From an uncultured Candidatus Rokubacteria bacterium (lineage in GTDB: Bacteria; Methylomirabilota; Methylomirabilia; Rokubacteriales; DASRDR01), in the NCBI GenBank assembly GCA_963826115.1, contig CAWGVS010000005.1, forward strand, positions 800,001 to 864,000: a stretch of 64,000 bases of DNA, written 5' to 3'. The position numbers were made by a program, and so were the translations under genes. A model generated the notes under the pieces. The model did no database searches, was not told where the DNA came from, and was given only the letters and a program-made list of their open reading frames with translations. The first letter of the stretch is position 1. Each line of letters opens with the position of its first letter. Of this stretch, positions 60,783 through 64,000 are shown piece by piece.

Positions 60783-61319
60783 TTACGGTGAAGAGTTGGA
60801 GCCGGCTCTCTGAGAGGCGGCTCGAGTAGCCGGCTCGGTCCGCCCCTGCCGGGGGTCGCCACCGGCACCCGCCGCCAGGTGGAGGACGAGCGCGATGGCC
60901 CCCGTCAAGAAGACCGCGATGTTGACGGCCACGGACCGCCGATGGAGGCGCGAGAACTGGAGTGGCGCGGGATCGCCGGCCGGGGCCGCCTGGGCCCGGA
61001 GGCGGGCCGCGTGGGCCTGGGGCAGCAGCACGTGACCCGCGTAGATGGTTCCCGCGAGCGTCACGCCGAGAAGGGCGACCGCTCCCCAGCGGAGCGGGCC
61101 GGGCTCCCGGAGGGCGAGGGTCACCGCGAGGACGAGGGTCAGCGCGAGGGTGGCCAGGCCGAAGCCGTAGTACCCGGGGAACACGCCCTCCATCACCTGG
61201 ACCGCCACCGGCCGGTCGACCGCGCGGAACGTGGCGGGCGCCAGCAGGAAGGACAGAAAGATCTGAACGCCGAGGCCCGCCCCCAGAATGGCGGTCGCGA
61301 GACCGTGGAGCATCCGCAT
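60783..61319 (-). CDS. DUF4149/TMEM205-like membrane protein
   Basis: Four TM segments; FLLAPATF, VFPGYY, FSRLHRRSVAVN. Confidence 0.75.
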   Translation of the reverse strand: MRMLHGLATAILGAGLGVQIFLSFLLAPATFRAVDRPVAVQVMEGVFPGYYGFGLATLALTLVLAVTLALREPGPLRWGAVALLGVTLAGTIYAGHVLLPQAHAARLRAQAAPAGDPAPLQFSRLHRRSVAVNIAVFLTGAIALVLHLAAGAGGDPRQGRTEPATRAASQRAGSNSSP

Positions 61320-61382
61320 CTTGACGTGATGATCCGGGGCGACGCGCGAGATTGTCAAGGCGCAGCGGCGACGGGCCTCGGT

Positions 61383-61411
61383 TTGACAGCCCCCGGGGCG
61401 GTTGATACGCT
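61383..61411 (+). promoter_or_regulatory. sigma70-type promoter of nth, back-to-back with a minus-strand TTGACA for DUF4149
   Basis: TTGACA-17 nt-TACGCT. Confidence 0.65.
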
Positions 61412-61431
61412 CCGCCCGCGCCGAGGTTCCC

Positions 61432-62169
61432 GTGCCGCCCATGCGTCCCGTTCCAGCTCGCTCGCGCTCCTCGAAGCCCCCGCGGTGGCTCGCCGCCGCC
61501 GTGCGAGCGCCGATGTCCGCCGACGAGATCGGCGCCGTCATCCGGACGCTCCGGCGCCAGGCGCCGTCGTGGCGGCCCACGGCGGTTGCCGAGGTTGCCG
61601 CGGAGCAGCCCGACCCGTTCCGCGTCCTGATCGCCTGCATCCTCTCCCTCCGAACCCAGGACGCGACCACCCGCGAGGCGTCGGAGCGGCTGTTCCGGGT
61701 CGCCGAGACGCCTGCGGCGATGCTGCGCCTGCCCGCGGCCCGGATCGCCCGGCTGATCTTCCCCGTCGGCTTCTACCGGACGAAGGCGCGGGCGATCCGC
61801 GGGATCTGCCAGGACCTCATCGCGCGCTACGGCGGTCGCGTGCCCGACGACATCGACGCCCTCCTCACGCTGAAGGGCGTCGGCCGGAAGACCGCCAACC
61901 TCGTGGTCACGATCGGCTTCGACAAGCCCGGCATCTGCGTCGACATCCACGTGCACCGCATCTCGAACCGGCTCGGGTTCGTGAAGACCGCGGCGCCGGA
62001 CCGGACGGAGCTCGCGCTCCGCGCGAAGCTGCCGCCGCGCTACTGGATCGGCTACAACGACCTCCTGGTGGCGTTCGGGCAGAACGTCTGCCGGCCGCTC
62101 TCGCCCCACTGCTCGCGCTGTCCCGTGGCGCGCTCGTGCCGGCGCATCGGCGTCGGCCGGACGCGCTGA
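61432..62169 (+). CDS. nth: Endonuclease III
   Basis: PFRVLIACILSLRT, VGFYRTKA, HhH LKGVGRKTAN, VDIHVHRI, Fe-S motif C-X6-C-X2-C-X5-C; start uncertain (61432-61513). Confidence 0.95.
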   Translation: MPPMRPVPARSRSSKPPRWLAAAVRAPMSADEIGAVIRTLRRQAPSWRPTAVAEVAAEQPDPFRVLIACILSLRTQDATTREASERLFRVAETPAAMLRLPAARIARLIFPVGFYRTKARAIRGICQDLIARYGGRVPDDIDALLTLKGVGRKTANLVVTIGFDKPGICVDIHVHRISNRLGFVKTAAPDRTELALRAKLPPRYWIGYNDLLVAFGQNVCRPLSPHCSRCPVARSCRRIGVGRTR

Positions 62170-62194
62170 TCTGGGCCGGGGGCCGTCCCGGCCG

Positions 62195-63334
62195 GTGAGG
62201 ACGTCCGCCGTCCGCGCGCTCCTGCTGGGGCTCCTGCCGGTCGCGCTGGCCGCCGGCCTCTGGCAGGCGGAGCGAGACCGCCCGCTCTGGCTCACCCTCG
62301 CCTCGGCGCCGGGGCCGGTCGCCGTCTCGGGATCGCTGGCCGCCTCGCCCCGTCTCGTCCTCGCGGTCCACTATCCGTGGTACGGGACGCCGGGCGGGCC
62401 GACGGGCCGCTGGCGGCACTGGAACCACGCGCGCCTCGAGATGCCCTCCCAGCGCGTGCTGGGCTTCCATGACCCGCGGCGCCTGGCGGGCCCGGGGCGG
62501 CTCGACATCGGCGCGACCCACTACCCCGAGGGCGGGCCCTACGACAGCCGGGACGACGCGCTGATCCGCGCGCAGTTCGCCTTGGCTCGCGCGGCGGGGC
62601 TGGACGGCTTCGTCGTCTCCTGGTGGGGCCGCGAGAGCGAGGAGGCGCTCGGCCTCGCCGCGCTGTTCCGCCACGCAGGCGCGGCGGGCCTGGTCCTCGC
62701 GCCGTACTACGAGACCGGCGAGCTCTGGCCGCGCGGCGCGTCCGGCGTGGCCGCGGACCTCGTGAGCCTGCTCGACCGCCATGGCCATGAGCGCGCGTGG
62801 CTCCGCGTCGGCGGCGACCCGGTGGTGTTCCTCTACGCGTCCCACCGGCTGAGACCACGGGTGTGGGACGCCGTGCGCGCGCGCCTCGTCGCGAGTGGGC
62901 GGCGCGTGTTCCTCGTGGCCGACGCGCCGAGCCCGGACTGGCTCGTGGAGCGCCCGGACTGGCTTCGGCGGTTCGACGCGCTCCACGTCTACACGCCGGT
63001 CGTGTTCCAGGCTCGCGGCCGGGACGTCGGCGGCGTGTACCGTCGCTACGCGGACCTCGCGCACGCGGCGGGCCGGCCCTTCGTCCCGGCGGTCGCCCCG
63101 GGCTTCGACGATCGGCAGGTGCGGACGCCCGGCACCCTCGTCGACCGGGCGGACGGCGCGACCTACGACCGGAGCTGGCAGGCCGCCCGGGCCGTGGACC
63201 CGCCATGGATCCTCGTCTCGAGCTGGAACGAGTGGCACGAAGGGAGCGAGATCGAGCCGAGCGTGGAGCACGGCCGGCGGTATCTCGACGCGACGCGCGC
63301 CTGGGCCGACCGGTTCCGCGCCGGGGCGCCCTGA
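62195..63334 (+). CDS. Exported GH99/GH71-like glycoside hydrolase
   Basis: Signal/TM anchor; HYPWYG, GPYDS, AGLDGFVVSWWG, PGFDD, SWNEWHEGSEIEP. Confidence 0.82.
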   Translation: MRTSAVRALLLGLLPVALAAGLWQAERDRPLWLTLASAPGPVAVSGSLAASPRLVLAVHYPWYGTPGGPTGRWRHWNHARLEMPSQRVLGFHDPRRLAGPGRLDIGATHYPEGGPYDSRDDALIRAQFALARAAGLDGFVVSWWGRESEEALGLAALFRHAGAAGLVLAPYYETGELWPRGASGVAADLVSLLDRHGHERAWLRVGGDPVVFLYASHRLRPRVWDAVRARLVASGRRVFLVADAPSPDWLVERPDWLRRFDALHVYTPVVFQARGRDVGGVYRRYADLAHAAGRPFVPAVAPGFDDRQVRTPGTLVDRADGATYDRSWQAARAVDPPWILVSSWNEWHEGSEIEPSVEHGRRYLDATRAWADRFRAGAP

Positions 63335-63353
63335 CGGAGCCGGCCGCCAGGCC

Positions 63354-63998
63354 TCAGGACCGGGAGCTCTGCCGGTAGAAGGGGTCGAGCGACTCGGGGT
63401 CGAGCCAGCCCGCGTAGAAGTCCCGGACGTGCGGGAAGAGCGCCCGCGAGAGGCGTCGCCGGTGCTCCTCCTCCGCCGTGAGCGGCTGCCGGAGCGTGGC
63501 CGCGAGCTCCTCCAGCACGGCCGCCTTGTCGACGCGCGTGACGCGCCCCTCGCGGAGGACGACCTCGCCCGCAACCACCACGGTGTCGATGGCCGACGCG
63601 CGGGCGCGGAGGACGACGGCGTCGAGCACGGGCGTGTCCGCCTCGAGGTAGGGGTGCGCCACCTGGCGCCAGGGCAGGAGCACGAGGTCGGCCGAGCGCC
63701 CGACCTGGAGAGCGCCCACCTCGCCGGCGAACGGCGTCGTGGCGGCGCCGCCCTCGGTGGCCATGCGGAAGACCTGGGCCGGCGTGGGCACGCCGTCGTC
63801 CATCCCGGGCACGCGGTGGATCCGGAGGGCGAGCCGCATCTCCTGCAGCATGTCGCGGTCGTCGTTGATGCCCGCCTCGTCGAGCCCGATGGCGACCGGC
63901 ACGCCGGCGGCGAGGAAGCGGTTGACGGGCGCGACGCCGCTCCGGAGCCGGAGGTTCGAGCTCGGATTCGTGCAGATCATGACGCCCCGCTCGGCGGC
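63354..63998 (-). CDS. Amidohydrolase (AtzA/guanine deaminase-like), C-terminal part; runs off the right edge
   Basis: TNPSSNLRL.SG, VAIGLD, DMLQEMR, MATEGGA, GALQVGRSADLVL, VVVAGEVV. Confidence 0.85.
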   Translation of the reverse strand, partial: AAERGVMICTNPSSNLRLRSGVAPVNRFLAAGVPVAIGLDEAGINDDRDMLQEMRLALRIHRVPGMDDGVPTPAQVFRMATEGGAATTPFAGEVGALQVGRSADLVLLPWRQVAHPYLEADTPVLDAVVLRARASAIDTVVVAGEVVLREGRVTRVDKAAVLEELAATLRQPLTAEEEHRRRLSRALFPHVRDFYAGWLDPESLDPFYRQSSRS

Positions 63999-64000
63999 GC

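Overview
This is a very GC-rich, gene-dense stretch of core chromosome from a diderm (LPS-making) bacterium; gene content and order suggest Methylomirabilota/Rokubacteria, which is an inference only. It holds about 52 CDSs. Left to right: guaA (partial)-guaB3, coaX-birA-valS, a fused lptF-lptG, a metK-PHP hydrolase-GT-C-GT2-UPF0182 unit, cupin-rapZ-hpf-rpoN-lptBAC, kdsD-kdsA with a secreted Cys/His-rich protein between kdsA and pyrG, a tRNA nucleotidyltransferase, xerD, dtd, murJ, rpsT, holA-lptE-leuS, uvrC-uvrB-HNH, proline dehydrogenase, ppx with a His-less hybrid kinase, cytochrome c, an NCS2-type permease, class II RNR (nrdJ), a TetR-RND-TolC-MacAB efflux cluster, VOC, DUF4149, nth, a GH99-like hydrolase and a partial amidohydrolase. 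I saw no rRNA, tRNA, CRISPR array or mobile element. Best leads: a possible lipid A/envelope remodelling operon using a PHP-family enzyme, the Cys/His repeat protein, an NrdR box on guaB3-guaA, a riboswitch-like metK leader, the pseudo-histidine kinase coupled to ppx, several leaderless starts and a CTG start for holA. All assignments come from reading motifs by eye; no searches were run.
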